A stretch of DNA of 64,000 nucleotides from Haliotis rufescens. Lineage: Eukaryota. Positions 13,915-27,292 of this stretch are shown piece by piece. The notes below the pieces were generated by a model. That model did not search any database, was not told the DNA's origin, and was given only the letters and a program-made list of their open reading frames with translations. Every line of letters begins with the position of its first letter. The stretch's first letter is position 1. Location of the stretch: contig NW_025963857.1 of the NCBI RefSeq assembly GCF_023055435.1, forward strand, positions 27,838,001-27,902,000. Direction: 5' to 3'. A program made the translations under genes and the position numbers.

Positions 13915-14000
13915 GACAAAGTAGAAACAATATATGGATAACAACTATTTTTATTGGACTATAATCGCGACGTTTGGGTATAGATCCTTATTCCATGGGT
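13915..14000 (-). mobile_element. Penelope-like terminal remnant
   Basis: Reverse complement CCCAAACGTCGCG...CCAATAAAAAATAGTTGTTATCCAT, similar to 3505-3595. Confidence 0.35.
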
Positions 14001-14379
14001 TAATCTGTTTTTTGTTGACTGAATATTGGTCAGAATGTATTGGTCACACTAGATATATACATCTACTTGAGAGGGAACAGTAATAGGAACACCATAGTCA
14101 ACACCATTGGAGCAAATAAATATTGATGCTATCTCTGAAACCACTCGTACAGGACATGGTGACCACGACATGATCTATCACCAGACCTCTGAAATGCCAC
14201 GCCGTTTCCTTCTATGAGGGTTCTACCTTTAGCATTATAAAATGAAAAATCTTGCAGACTGATCTTAAGAGCTGACACTTTTCCTCTTTGATGTCCCTTT
14301 CTGAATAATTACAACAGTGACTATCTGTGATGTGTGCTTACGTCTGTGAGAGTAAAACTTTCCTCATACAAAAATTCAA

Positions 14380-14978
14380 TATTGCAATTGTGTTTGGACT
14401 GTCGCTTTTCTACATGAGAGCCATGTTACTCTTTCTGGAAATGCAGGAGAATGGTAATGGCAAATATATATTGGTCTTCGCACATGACATTTAAACTGTA
14501 TTCCGTGTATGGTCATGCATAATCTTGCAATTAGGTGAAGAGCCAAATGTGACACTGTCACGATCAGAGCTTTTTCATCACTACTTGGCACGTATGGGCT
14601 GACAATTTGTTATGTACGAATTTCCGCATTAATGATATCTGGGCATGATAAATAACCAATCACCAAAACATCTTTGGCTTTTATCATTTCAGTGATTTGG
14701 GGGTGGGGAATTTTATGGCTTGAGTTTTACAAGCCTTTGAGATTGTAAGCCTTTCAAAAGTGATTGCCTTCAAGACTGTGTATATCGTGATGGGATTCCG
14801 GGGATAAATAGGATCACTCTGATACATAGTCATAAAAAAGCAGAATGCAGGTTACGATTCCTACTAGATCACGCGCATGTGTTTATGGATCTCTATCAAA
14901 TGTTGATCACACCAGTTGTTAGCGAAAACGTTAGCGTATCCTGCCCCACCTGTGGCACTCGTCACATCACATGCAAAG
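14380..14978 (+). pseudogene. Possible decayed coding segment (weak GPCR-like transmembrane pattern), ending at a GTAAGT donor
   Basis: Hydrophobic stretches in shifting frames (YILVFAHD; CDTVTIRAFSSLLGTYGLTICYVR; AFIISVIWGWGILW); 79 open codons 14741-14977 before AG|GTAAGT. Confidence 0.25.
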
Positions 14979-15548
14979 GTAAGTCATTTATTCCTAAACA
15001 ACACGGGGACAAATCGTACAAGTCAAAATAGAGAATTGCATCGGACATAATTTTGGTCACTGATGACTCAAATGTGGAAATATCCTCCATAAAACGTTTT
15101 TAAACCTTGAAACAATACAGATTCGATGTGATAACAGCACAGCCACCAAATCCTTGGGATTTTAGAGAGTTGTAATTAGCTCTGATTGTAAATGCAGATA
15201 TTGTTTTCCAAATAAACTACAAATGGCAAAGTATTTGCAAGAAATGATGACAATACAAATTATCTGTGTTCTTTTTCATTTTGGTGTGTCCATTTAATTT
15301 GTCGACAATAAAGCTTAGATTCGATGTCAGCTAAAGTCATGCATTCAACTTGTCATTAATAGATTGACATTGGACCGTGGACCATTGCCTCGATAGTTGA
15401 TCAGTTGGTGCAGTGTGTGATAATGAGTGTCTTATGATGGCACTTATCATTTGTGTTTATTTTAGTATCGACTAATATTGCCATGATGCCGCATTATCTG
15501 ATCACACGTGTCACTCTGGTACGTCGGTACATTGACACAAACAAATCG

Positions 15549-15681
15549 GGTGAGTGATTATGGTTTACGTCGCTTCTAGCAATATGGCCTTCTGACATTG
15601 TACCTTGTACATTGGGGGAATCTAACCAGGGTCTTCGACGTGATGAGCGAACACTTTAAACACTAGGATACCCGTCCGCCC
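15549..15681 (-). mobile_element. Degenerate SINE family B
   Basis: Reverse match to family B; TSD-like AACAAATC on both sides. Confidence 0.8.
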
Positions 15682-16684
15682 TAACAAATCAACGGGAACA
15701 TATTATTTCCAGTGTAACACTACCTTTCTACTTAGATTTCAGTTCAGAGACAGGGTATGTTTTTGTCACCACTTCAAGACATACGACTCTTCTTCACGGA
15801 AGAGAAGAGCCTTACAACTACATTATATATTTTGTTCCACGACACATTTCGTAGGCAACAAACACCTACTTTTTATGCAGATTGTGTGAGTGCCGGGTGC
15901 TCTCGGTACAGCAGGACATGTTTACCCGTTTTGCCTTTTACGCCAAATGGAATACTATTGTTCACTGGCATTGACATTATGTGTTTTAATCTCAATTTTA
16001 ATCGAGTGATGTTTTGTTTAAAATAAAATTCCTAGCATGTCAAAATTGAAATGTTAGAAATCATCGATCATATCCTGAAAAATATAAAAAAGTGTTCTAT
16101 TTTTTGCGAAAGAAGTTTTTTTGGGCAGAAAAGATTGTTATTGTTCGTAATATAGAATATGTTTCATGGCTGGTTTCATGACTGACGTGCCGTGATTTTA
16201 CTGAAATACTGTTCAAAGCAAGACAAAACCTCTTACTCATAGGTCAAATTTGATATCCATCCATGTGTTATTTCACCATTCTATGTTGTATCAACAGTTA
16301 ACGTGAAGTATCTTGTCACAAAGATGATCAATTATGCTATTTTAACAATGCGTAGGACGATAAGCATCGATTTATGACAAGCATATATCTTTATGATTGA
16401 TGGCAAATATGATAGGCAATCTGGTCTGGCTGTGTCTGATCTATGGCCAAGGCGGACGTGTTTGATAGACATTCGCTGTTGTTTGGTAAATAAACCCTTG
16501 TACCCGTTAGAACTCTTTTGTTTTTTAAGCAGATCATATGTCATATGTGACATGCACACTTTGGTAAGCTGTTTTACCTCACGTGAAGCATAAGCCTTAC
16601 ATGTAAGCGTATTTGTATAACTTGCAGATGAATTACATCTAAACTGTAGTGAAAATTGGACTTTGAATATTCACATCCCACTCA

Positions 16685-16866
16685 GGGGTTCGGGTGGTCC
16701 AATCGTCTAAATCGTCTTATTTCGAGGCATGTCAGTGCGTATTCGTTCTCGTGGGTATTGTCAAAGTGGTAAACGTCTAAGACCCGAATCACTTCGAGTT
16801 TGTCCCGCATTATCATGCTATAACGCCGAGACATAATTGAAATAATGTTACACAAAACTCACTCAC
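16685..16866 (+). mobile_element. Degenerate, internally deleted SINE family D
   Basis: GGGTGGTCCAATCGTCTAA head, AAGTGGTAAACGTCTAAGAC body, ACTCACTC tail. Confidence 0.75.
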
Positions 16867-16952
16867 CCATCCTCACATTCCTGTATATGTAAGACAGTGT
16901 GATGAACAGGGTCAGTAATCATAGAATATTAGTAACAATTACAACATCATGA

Positions 16953-17240
16953 GTTAGTGAGTGAGTGAGTGAGTTGGGTTTAACGCCGCTTTTAACATTA
17001 TTCCAGTTATATCACGGCGTGTCAGCCTAATGTGGGAGGAAAGCCGGAAGTGATGCAGGTCTAAGACGTTTACCACTTCTGTGAAACCCACGAGCACGGG
17101 TATGGTGCTGACAAACCTAGAAACATAATCGGGGCGAACGGGGATTCGAACCCACTATCAAAGGTATCTGGCGTGCCCAAGGGACGCAACTCTGCACAGC
17201 GAATCGCGGCGCCTTAGACGACTGGGCAACCCGTGCCGCC
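16953..17240 (-). mobile_element. SINE family D, full length
   Basis: TSD TACA(A/T)CATCATGA at 16940-16952 and 17241-17253. Confidence 0.92.
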
Positions 17241-17885
17241 TACATCATCATGACACCATGAAAGAGTTTTAGAAAATAAAAGACGTCAGCACCAGAGAAT
17301 AAACAATCTCGAACAAAATATTCGCCGAAACAGATTGCCTTGAGTGCTGTGTGCATGTCGCTCACTATTCAGTAACGTACTTACAGCTGGGTGTCTTGGA
17401 TATCTTTTCCACCTCACTGACTCTAATGGGTTTTCAAAGCGCTTCAATAACCAATAGATCGCGCAAAGATCGACAGGTTATCATCTATGTTACATCTGTC
17501 AATAGTCTCTTGGGAGTAACACTTCAATGGGAATGTCGCCAATCAGGACATACCTCATACAGGCAATCATATCTTCGACATTCGCCAAAGAAAAAAAAAA
17601 CATTCGTCAATCTGAGTAGCTAAGCCAATCACACATGGCAGGTGTCCGGTGAAGGAGGACATCTCCAAGTTACAGAGCTATGAATCTGTTGTCCCTTCCC
17701 TGAAGTTATCAATCAGCGTCAGTGCTTAAGCATGATCTATGACACATGACATATGATCTGCTTAAGTTTGCTTCCCGTTCAATTAGAAGTCTACGTTTAC
17801 GTTTTTACATTAACAGCTATAGAGTTTTCGAGGACAACATTGGTAAAGCTGTGACCTTATGTTAATCTTCGATTACAGATGCAAA

Positions 17886-18098
17886 GGGGGACGGGTGGCC
17901 TTGTCGTCAAGGGAGCCCAATTCGTTGTGCAGAGTTGCGTCCCTTGGACACGCCAGAAATCGTGGGTTCGAATCCCGGTTCGCCCCGATTAAGTTTCTAA
18001 CTTTGTCAGCACCATATCCGTCCTCATGGGTTTCACCAAAACGGTTAACGTCTGAGACCTGCATCACTAAGGGATGTTCTCCCACATCAAGCTGACCC
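17886..18098 (+). mobile_element. SINE family D lacking its 3' tail
   Basis: Homology to the other D copies. Confidence 0.85.
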
Positions 18099-18295
18099 TC
18101 CGTGTTAACCAACGCAATCACTTTCTTGTTGTAATGAGGAATGCTGTCACACAGAGGTCACATAGGTGATATGTTTTTTGTCTATTCAGTTACTGGAGTG
18201 ACGTTTTACTGTTAGTTTAAACTACCTTATGTTTACATCATTTCCCTGCTGCCGTCATGTAGCCGGAATATTGTCGACTGCCGCGTATACCAGCA

Positions 18296-18412
18296 CCCCC
18301 CCCCCCCCCCCCACACACACACACCCTTCCCCCAGACACACACACACACACAGACATGCACACACACAGGGGAAAAAAACCCACACAGACACACACGCGT
18401 GCATACACACAT
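18296..18412. repeat. Poly-C and (CA)n microsatellite
   Basis: Direct inspection. Confidence 0.9.
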
Positions 18413-18589
18413 AATAAATTTCTGCAGTTTCTTCACGTTGTTTACATCATTGTATGATAGCATTCGCTCTGTTTAGAAAATGTATTTGGGAACAACAACA
18501 TTTTCTTGTTAATTGACCTGAATAATATCATATATCCAGGTTAAACGTTTTCGGACAAAGTTCCGGATTCTCTATCACTTAAATATATC

Positions 18590-20100
18590 ATCGTTACATA
18601 TCGGTGTCGTGTATGTACTCCCAGCAGGTTCAACCCGCTACACAAGTGGAGCTCTTGACTGATGGCATAACGAAGTCCTTGAGCATCAACTACGCTCAGC
18701 TATTATAACGATGGCGACTTTAAAGCCAGGACGTCTACAGCGTCTTGTCACGCGTAGCTAAACATTGAACTGAAGGATCATGAATACTCCTCGGAACCTC
18801 AAAGTTACTAATATGGGCAAAAGAGTTACGAGTTGCAATACAATAGTCTTCTAGACTAACGTTCTTAAAAGTAATATTTCCAATAAACTTGTCCTCAACA
18901 CGACCGTTCACAATATACATATTTGTTGATTTACAAAAGTCAAGTAGTTTAGTAACGTGACCATTTCCACTTTCCACAATCACATGAAAAATCTTTGGTT
19001 GGGTATATTAACAAGCACATTTTGTTCGGGTCTTTGATGAGTGCATTACCCGAGGAAATGATGTTTTCTTGTATTATACACGAGAACTTATACTTGAATA
19101 AGAAATAGTGCTTTGCGATAACAACTAAAAAGTAACCATCGACTGGTTTTGATGGAATCATAATGGATGAATATGTTGTGCATTCAACGTTGTTTTTAAT
19201 CGTGGTATTTCCCCTGAATCCTTGTTGGTACATGTATCATAAAACCTTCATAAAAAAACAGGCGACCAATATCAACCAGAAAACTATCGCCCTATTGCTT
19301 TACTTAGCTGTTTGGGAAAATTATCCACTTCAGTTATCAACAATCGACTTAATATTTTCATCGAAACAATTGCAAATTACCTTCTAAGTGAAACACTTAA
19401 AAAGACTATATATAAGTAAATATATATATAAGTAGTTCAAATCATGTGTCCTTAGTAAATGTAACAACTCTGAGCTCAATTGGGGTGCGACAAGGCGAAC
19501 ATCTGTCGCCGTTATTATTCTTATTTTTGGTAAATGATTTAGACTAGTACCTTTAAAGATCATAATTGTCATGGCATATGTGCTTTCAAATGTATTTGTT
19601 GTTTTCTCATATGCAGACGATACTGCCATGTTAGCCACTAACGCTAAAACACTCAGTCTGCAAAATATGTTGGATAGTTTTCAGGTTTTCTGTAAATCCA
19701 ACAAATTAACTGTAAATGTCATTAAGACCAGAGTCTTTTTGGGTGGTTCCTAAAACGATTAAAGATTTTTCCTATCTACAAATGATTCAGTGGTTGAAAA
19801 TACAAACGAATACAAGTATTTAGGAATAACACTATCCAACAATAACAAATTTGTCACATGTAAAAAACCACGTTGATCAAGATATAAAAGCTTTTGTGCA
19901 TTGAAACAAAGTCGTTCAATGTCAGTGTCACATTATATTATTTGAATTTTGCTTTTTGATTCGGAAATGTGGAGCATTGGCAACTGTGCAATACTCGAAA
20001 ATCTGCAATCACGCTTCCTAAAAGTGTAACTGAAAGTTAAAAAATCCACACCAATTACTATGTTATATGTGGAAATTAGTGCAGTCAAAATGTGTGAAGA
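18590..20100. mobile_element. Rearranged, decayed CR1/L2-group LINE (APE and RT fragments on both strands)
   Basis: Plus: IGVVYV..., GDFKART; minus: KLLDFCKSTNMYIVNGR...DYCI and QQGFRG; plus: GVRQGEHLSPLLF, YADDT, YKYLGI. Confidence 0.8.
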
Positions 20101-21228
20101 TGTCACATATAGTGTAAATTATAAATTTTACCAAATGATGTGAATTCTGGTATCGGTAATCATAAATGTGTTATTGTGTCTGTTCTTCCAGACTTTCTAT
20201 GATTGGTGAATCAGGTAATTGGTGACATATAAATTTATGCTTCAACCTCTCGAGTGTACGACCGATGATCGCCAATCAAAACTAGTACCAGTACCCGTTT
20301 GTAAAGTGATGCCACAACCACACTGCCCTGACCGCCATCTGATCTCCGTTAGCGGAGCCTCGGAAGTCATTTATGTGCAGGGGGTTTCTATGAATAGCTT
20401 TAAATGATTTATCACATAGTTACTTCCATCCTACTTTATCACCGTGGTTACGAATATTTAATGTCAGACATCGCCCAATTCCATGAGAAATCAGACTGGC
20501 ATTGATGTAATATATCTTGTCCATTTCCGATTAGGAGCTTCATTTAACCTTTGAAATAAACTTGTTCCCCTACCCGAGATGTATCCATTATGTATGTTGT
20601 CTAGAAATAAGTGATAAAATGAGTATGCATGAAAAGAATACTTCTTCACACTGCAAATCATCAGACGTTATGTTAGGTTTGTTTTCCCGTTTGTCTGATG
20701 CGACTTTATAAAATTAGTTCATTCCCTCAAGCCGCCCGACCAGTAGGAGCATGAGCTTGGACAGATCGAGACAAGAGTGGCCAATAAGGCGCACATTCAT
20801 TATATCGTTAACCTCTATAATTTCACAGCTGTTTGTAATCAATATGATCAACGCAGGGTGACTGGATATCACTTTAATCTAGGTTATAACACTATGGACG
20901 TCCTCAAGTAGACGGGCATAAGTCGTGGCGGTCGTCAGCATACTTGTTGACGACTGATTAATGTTGCCATGTGGTATGATGCGTTATTCGTACGAAAAGT
21001 TTATTAGAACAACTTTGTTCAACTTTGAAAACAATTTCAGGCTTAGTCTGAGGGATCGGGCGTCTAAAATTCTGGACAGAGTACTTATTCAGTCACCACT
21101 TCCAAACATCTCCTTCTCAACATACTTTTTACAACATATTATTTTCAGGACATCCGGCTTGACCAGCGCACAATTATGTTGTCGTAAAACCTGTAAAAAA
21201 TGTAACTGGTGATATTATTTCTATATTG

Positions 21229-22192
21229 GCACAGCAGAATCAAGAACAAAGAAAGGGCAACTGGTTCGGTGTTATTAGAGGAGCGTTCTCACGACAACCC
21301 AAGAGTCTTGCAAGAGATTGATAGTCTAGTTTTTGAGTTGGTGCCCAATCCAATCCAAACCCAGTCACACACACGCACGCGCGCACGCACGCACGCACGC
21401 ACGCACGCACTATTACATTGTCTGTCTCTAAGTGTGTGATTGAGATAATGTGTCCATCAGCTATCGATTTATACATGTTTATTGAGAGAATATATAATAA
21501 TACTATTATACGTCCGGGTACCAATTAAGTGCTGGGTGATCAGAGGCATATTTGGAACACCACATGTAACATACTTTTCTCAACAACAACCTTTTACAAC
21601 GCATGCATCAGGACATCCAGACCATACGTAAATGTGAAATATTCCGGGTCACTCATTCCTTTGTCGAATATAATATGAAGGGGACAGATATGTGTGCCAG
21701 TAAAAGATATCAGGTTTCGATGACAGATTCCGTTGTGTTTCTAATTCGAGTTGACACAAGGCTCGAATGTGCACGACATGAACCCAGGATGAACTGTATT
21801 CCTTTGGTTTAATTAACAATGTAGCTTCCCAAAACACACATCGGTGTTTCCTTTCCGGACCTGATTATGGATCATCACCTGAGACCAACTTGTACCTGAC
21901 ACAATAGCTCCTCAAGGGTAATCAATACTTAATACAATTGCTTTTTTCAAATTGTTTTCGGAGGTTTTTAGTTGATAAATGTAAAGTCAAACAGGACGGA
22001 ATCAATACCGATAACCACTGAGTTTCCTGACTTACATATACTATGTTCACCAAAATGCTCGCAGGAAAGAAAGGTTTGTTCAGCAGTCAGGATTTTGTGC
22101 GATGAGGTTTCCTAATGATACACTTGTCATGCATGCCTGGGGACTTCCAAAATTTAATGTTTTTTTCCCCGCCAGACACAAAAACTAATCTC
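21229..22192 (+). repeat. ~1-kb duplicated segment, copy 1
   Basis: Near-identical to 37308-38300. Confidence 0.95.
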
Positions 22193-23087
22193 ACACAAAG
22201 TAGTCTCAGCATCTGAACTGCTATTTTTCGCATATTCTGGACAACCACAACAAAAGATAATCTGGGAATATTAGGCTCTAGTGGATACATATTATCAGTG
22301 ACTGGATCTTTGGTAATGATGTCCACATAGTGCTGCGTGTGACACCAGAGTCCACAGTACCTCTACTTCAAATAGTCACTTAACCCATTCACCTAAAATT
22401 GGTGTTTCTATTATCTTCCACACTTCTGGTTATAAGGCACCGTCTGCCAGTTGTCACAACATATATACATGGGATCTGTTGAATGTTGCTTTAAATAATA
22501 GTCGCCCTGATTATGTCCCTTGCATGTGTGTATTAATATTGGGGAAATGGACAAAATGTTACGAATATGTTACATTGTCCCAGAAGATGCATGAAAAAGA
22601 ATTATGCTTTAGACTGCTGAAATCCCTCTCCCTCGAATATCAAATGGTCTATCCCTAAGTGATGAACGGCTGAGATCTGTGTCATTTAGGGTTTTCACTT
22701 CAAGTTGCCTTGCCGCGTGTAACTGAAATACTGATTGACGCGGTGAAACATTCCATTGAGATACTTATTCACTCATTCAGTTTAGTTTATATTTCTTCTC
22801 AACAAGCACTATACCGTCTGCTGAGAAGTGTTTTTTGGAATGTATATCAAGACTCGTTACGTATCAATTATACAATTATCACCAATAATCCACGTAAAAT
22901 TCTACTTTTGGCTCAAAAGTTGAGACATGTTGAAATAATATTCCGATGAAGGTATGATTACGAAGGGCGCCAAGCCTTTGGATTATATACTATTTCAAAT
23001 ATATATGTTCACGGAACGATGCAACTTGGGTCAGCTGTGCCGGTTTGACTTCAAGAGTTTGTCAATCAAATATCTTTGATTCAAAAT

Positions 23088-23362
23088 GAGTGAGTTGGGT
23101 TAACGCCGCTTTAAACAGTATTCCAGTTATATCACGGCGTGTCAGCCGAATGTGCGAGGAAAGCTCGCAGTGATGCAGATCTCAGACGTTTACCACTTCT
23201 GTGAAACCCACGAGCACGGGTATGGTGCTGACAAACCTAGAAACATAATCGGGGCGAACCGGGAATCGAACCCACAATCATAGGTTTCTGGCGTGCCCAA
23301 GGGACGCAACTCTTAACAGCGAATCGCGGCGCCTTAGACGACTGGGCCACCCGTGCCCTCTA
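23088..23362 (-). mobile_element. SINE family D, full length
   Basis: Homology; TSD-like ATTCAAAA on both flanks. Confidence 0.92.
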
Positions 23363-23723
23363 ATTCAAAACGCTAAATGGCAACGTTAAATGGACACGTG
23401 TGTCGGATTATGTTGGATATGCAGCTTTCATAATAAATATTTAAAATTACCTCCATGATACAGAATGAATTCAAAAGGCCTGACAACTTTAAATAGACAC
23501 GGGGGTCGGAAAACGTAGGCTATGCATCTTTCATTAACATATATTTGCTATACAAATATGTCCATATACATACTAAATTAATTAATAAATCGTGTCCTTA
23601 ACGAGCTGCAAGTACTTACCACGAAGCCTTTAAGTTGATACAATAAAGCATACACTATTATGTAATTTGAAACAGGAAATCTTAAATATATCGACTCGAC
23701 TCATTGTCAATGATATCCTACAA

Positions 23724-23900
23724 TGGGAAGATCCGGGTTAGAATAGATCTTCAGCAACCCATGCTTGTCGTGAGAGGCCAGTAACGGGATCGGGTGGTGG
23801 TCAGGGCGGATGACATGGTTGATCCATGTCAGTCATCGTATCCAAATGGATCGATGCTCACGATATCATTCACTAAAGAGTTTGGTGACTCGATTATTAA
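23724..23900 (+). mobile_element. SINE family A, partial (single-hairpin variant)
   Basis: GAAGATCCGGGTTAGAATAGATCTTCAGCAACCCATGC... Confidence 0.85.
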
Positions 23901-25611
23901 CAGATGGCTGTCATTGAGCTTGAACAATGCTGAGCGTTAAGCAAGAAACACAAACAAACATACATTGATATCCATGCGTTCATTTGAGAATTGTACAGTA
24001 AATGAAATGTGAAAAGATATTGAGTTTTCGGAATTCCTCTGTATTCTTGGAGACAGAGTAATACTTGAAGCTCTTCTCCGTGCCTCAAGTCATCCATATA
24101 CACGTTTTTTGTACTTGATCGATAGCTGGGAAATCCTACAAATGTCTAAAAGCAAAACGTGGCCATTAGCATAATGACATTGGATTAATAATACACGATC
24201 CTACACAAAAACAATCTCAGGAAGAGCTAGTGTTACAGGTGTTATCATCCTCTGACTGACAGTCCCGGAGATTGCACTGTCCTTGTATGTATATCAATGA
24301 ATGGCCGCAGATTGTAAAGAATACACTTGTGATTAATGATCTAAAGATGAAGATTAAAGATGCCTTTTTTTCAATATATAAAATAGATGCTACGTGTTCA
24401 TATGAAAGGGTTTCCCTGTTTCTCCGAGCGAGATATCAGTTAAGCAATGGTCACACAGAATATGTAGAATACGTGCATGGTCTGATGGTATAATGTATTT
24501 TGATTGAATACATAATTGTAATATATAATGTATAAAGGTTGTTGCTAATTATTGTTGTGTGCTGGCATGGAACATGTACGCTTAAGACACCCTTTAGGGT
24601 AAGAGACGGACCATTCAATAACATGGTGTGTGTCGAGGTGTGTGGTGTGCGCGTGTGTGCGTGCGTGCGTGCGGGCGTGTGTAATCTGTAGGGGGTGGAG
24701 GATTGCTGAGAGTTTAGTTTGAGACAGAACAGCGTCTAATTTAGCGCTCCAAGACATACAATCCAGAGCACAATATTTTGTCCAGTTTTATAATTGTATC
24801 ACCAGAAACATATTGGCGCAATGTCCAATGTCCGGGGACGTTTTTTTCCTCGTCCATGGCTGTTTAAGAATTAAATGTATGCTTTGCTCTTTCCTACAGT
24901 CCTACAGTAAAGCAAAGTAACAAGTGCGTGTGTGTGGGCGCGCGCGCACGTGTATGTGTGTGTGTGTGTCATGCCATATATTTATCCATCTCCTAATCAT
25001 ATTTCAGTATCATTTCCTCATCTCTCACTAATAGATGTAAAATCCCCTGCAGGTTAAAAGGAGTTCAAACGTAATTTCCCCACATTTTGCTCCAGGGCCT
25101 GGTAACGTGACCACTTTTGAAACCATACCATGTGTTATAGATGGAAAATCATTCGAAATGTGCATTCGCACAAAGGGTAAAAACAAACGTCCACGCGCTT
25201 GACAACCTAATGGTATCACCTCTGTGCCAGCAGACTTGAAGCTACTGTTTTGACCTATTTCTAGGGATTCATCTGGGTACTTCCGATATGACCTTGATTT
25301 GCAAAACATAAACTACTCGCTGTCTAAAGGATGTACGTGAACTTTGATACCTACTCAGGATATCTACCAGTATGCCTTGTCAAGGAGCGATTTCTACTGT
25401 ATAGCACGCCAGTTTCAATGAACTTAAAGGTGGAGTCGTATACATTGATGAGCTATAAGTATAATGGTCGTCTATGTATTCAATATACTAAACGCAGAAA
25501 GAACAGACGCATTAAAGTTACTGATACTGATATTGATATTACCATTACGAATACTAAACTACTTAACCCTATTTTAACGTTTAAAATGATGATTAGGCGA
25601 GATTTCCCTAT

Positions 25612-25738
25612 TGTGTGTGAACATGTGTGGGCGTGTGTGAGCCTGTGTGGGCGTGTGTGGGCGTGTTTGGGCGTGTGTTGGCGTGTGTGGGCGTGTTTTG
25701 GCGTGTATTGGCGTGTGTGAGCGTGTGTAGGCGTGTGA
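25612..25738. repeat. 10-bp tandem repeat (GGGCGTGTGT)n
   Basis: About 12 degenerate units. Confidence 0.9.
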
Positions 25739-26650
25739 AACAGATATTACATTTATCTCTGTTCAACAGTTTGCGTTGTTTCGTGTAACGAGATATTTAA
25801 TAACTGATTTATGTGATCACTAACCTGTATACACATTTTGCAATTCAGGTAGACTTTCGACCCAGAAAATAGTACCTAGTAACAGAATAAGTCTTAAACA
25901 AAGTGTGCCTTCAAGAAAGTGATTGTGAATGAAGAGGTTGCATCAGGGATCAGTTTGGTATGTTGCATGCCAATGTCACTGGCAGACAAACTGTTAGGCG
26001 GACCTACTGTACAAGGTCGCAACATAGCTATTGAAAGATATGTGTAGCACGTGCGTGGGATGTTTATTATGCTAAAAATTATGCAAAATTACTCTTGAAA
26101 CGAATAAAAACAAAACAGTGTTATCACTATACCCCGCCATGGGGCACATTATAATCTTGTGCATATAGTAGTGAATATAAATTGTTAATAAGTGTCCTAT
26201 AAAACCTTAAGAAGAAATAGGCAATTATCTGGAAAAAATAATTCTTGATAATTATCGTTAAGAGGAGCTAACTTCAGTAGTTTCTGACTCTGTGCGCTTT
26301 GTAAAATAACATGGCTGAAGGGACATAAATGTGTATGCTCACAATCTAAAAACATGTAGCAAGGAAAGTAGTTCTGGAAAACAAAAATTTATGGCACCAA
26401 TTCGAGCTCAGTTTTGATATGTATCTCTTGGATAGGATTGCAAAGTTTCATTGATGTAACTTCAGCAGTCTCTTAGATTGCAGACACTAAGTACTAAGTA
26501 AAACAACATGGATCACGTTTAACTGATTTTCGTAATCTACAAGCAATATTACGAGGAGACCTTATTATACATTCATAAGGAGCATAAACTTTAAAACAGT
26601 AAATATAAACCAGGTAGATAAAAGTGTATCATCACCTAGACACTTATATA

Positions 26651-26925
26651 TGAGTGAGTAAGTGAATGAGTTGGGTTTAACGCCGCTTTGAACATTATTT
26701 CAGTTATATCACGGCGTGTCAGCTTGATGTGGGACGAATGTCCGCAATGGTGCAGGTCTCAGACGTTTACCACTTTGGTGAAACCCAAGAAGATGGATAT
26801 GGTGTTGACAAACCTAAAAACATAATCGGGCCAACCGGGATTCGAACCACGATTATGGTTCTGGCGTGCTAAGGGACACAACTCTGCACAGCGAATTACA
26901 TCGCCATAGACAACGGGCCACGTTT
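26651..26925 (-). mobile_element. SINE family D
   Basis: Homology to the other D copies. Confidence 0.9.
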
Positions 26926-27077
26926 GCATCAACTACCTAGAACAATGACGTGTATGTACTTGTTGGCGTGGTAATTGGATAGGAATATTGTTAAAACATG
27001 TTTATAGTAGTATGAACTGGGCGTACACGTAGAGCATTAAATATATCAAAGAGACGGCATACGCAAGGTTTACATTT

Positions 27078-27292
27078 GTTAGTGTATTAGTTGTTTAACG
27101 ACGCATCAGCAATATTCCAGCTATCTGACGGCGGTCTGTAAATAATCGAGTCTGACATCATAACATACGCAATTGGGATGCAATCACATGCATCAACCAA
27201 GTCAGTCAGCCTGACCATCCGATCCTGCTAGTGGCCGATTGCGACAAGCGCGGATTGCTGACGACCAATTCTAACACGGATCTTTACGGGTC
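27078..27292 (-). mobile_element. SINE family A, internally deleted
   Basis: 5' end GACCCGTAAAGATCC; TSD-like TTTACATTT. Confidence 0.88.
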
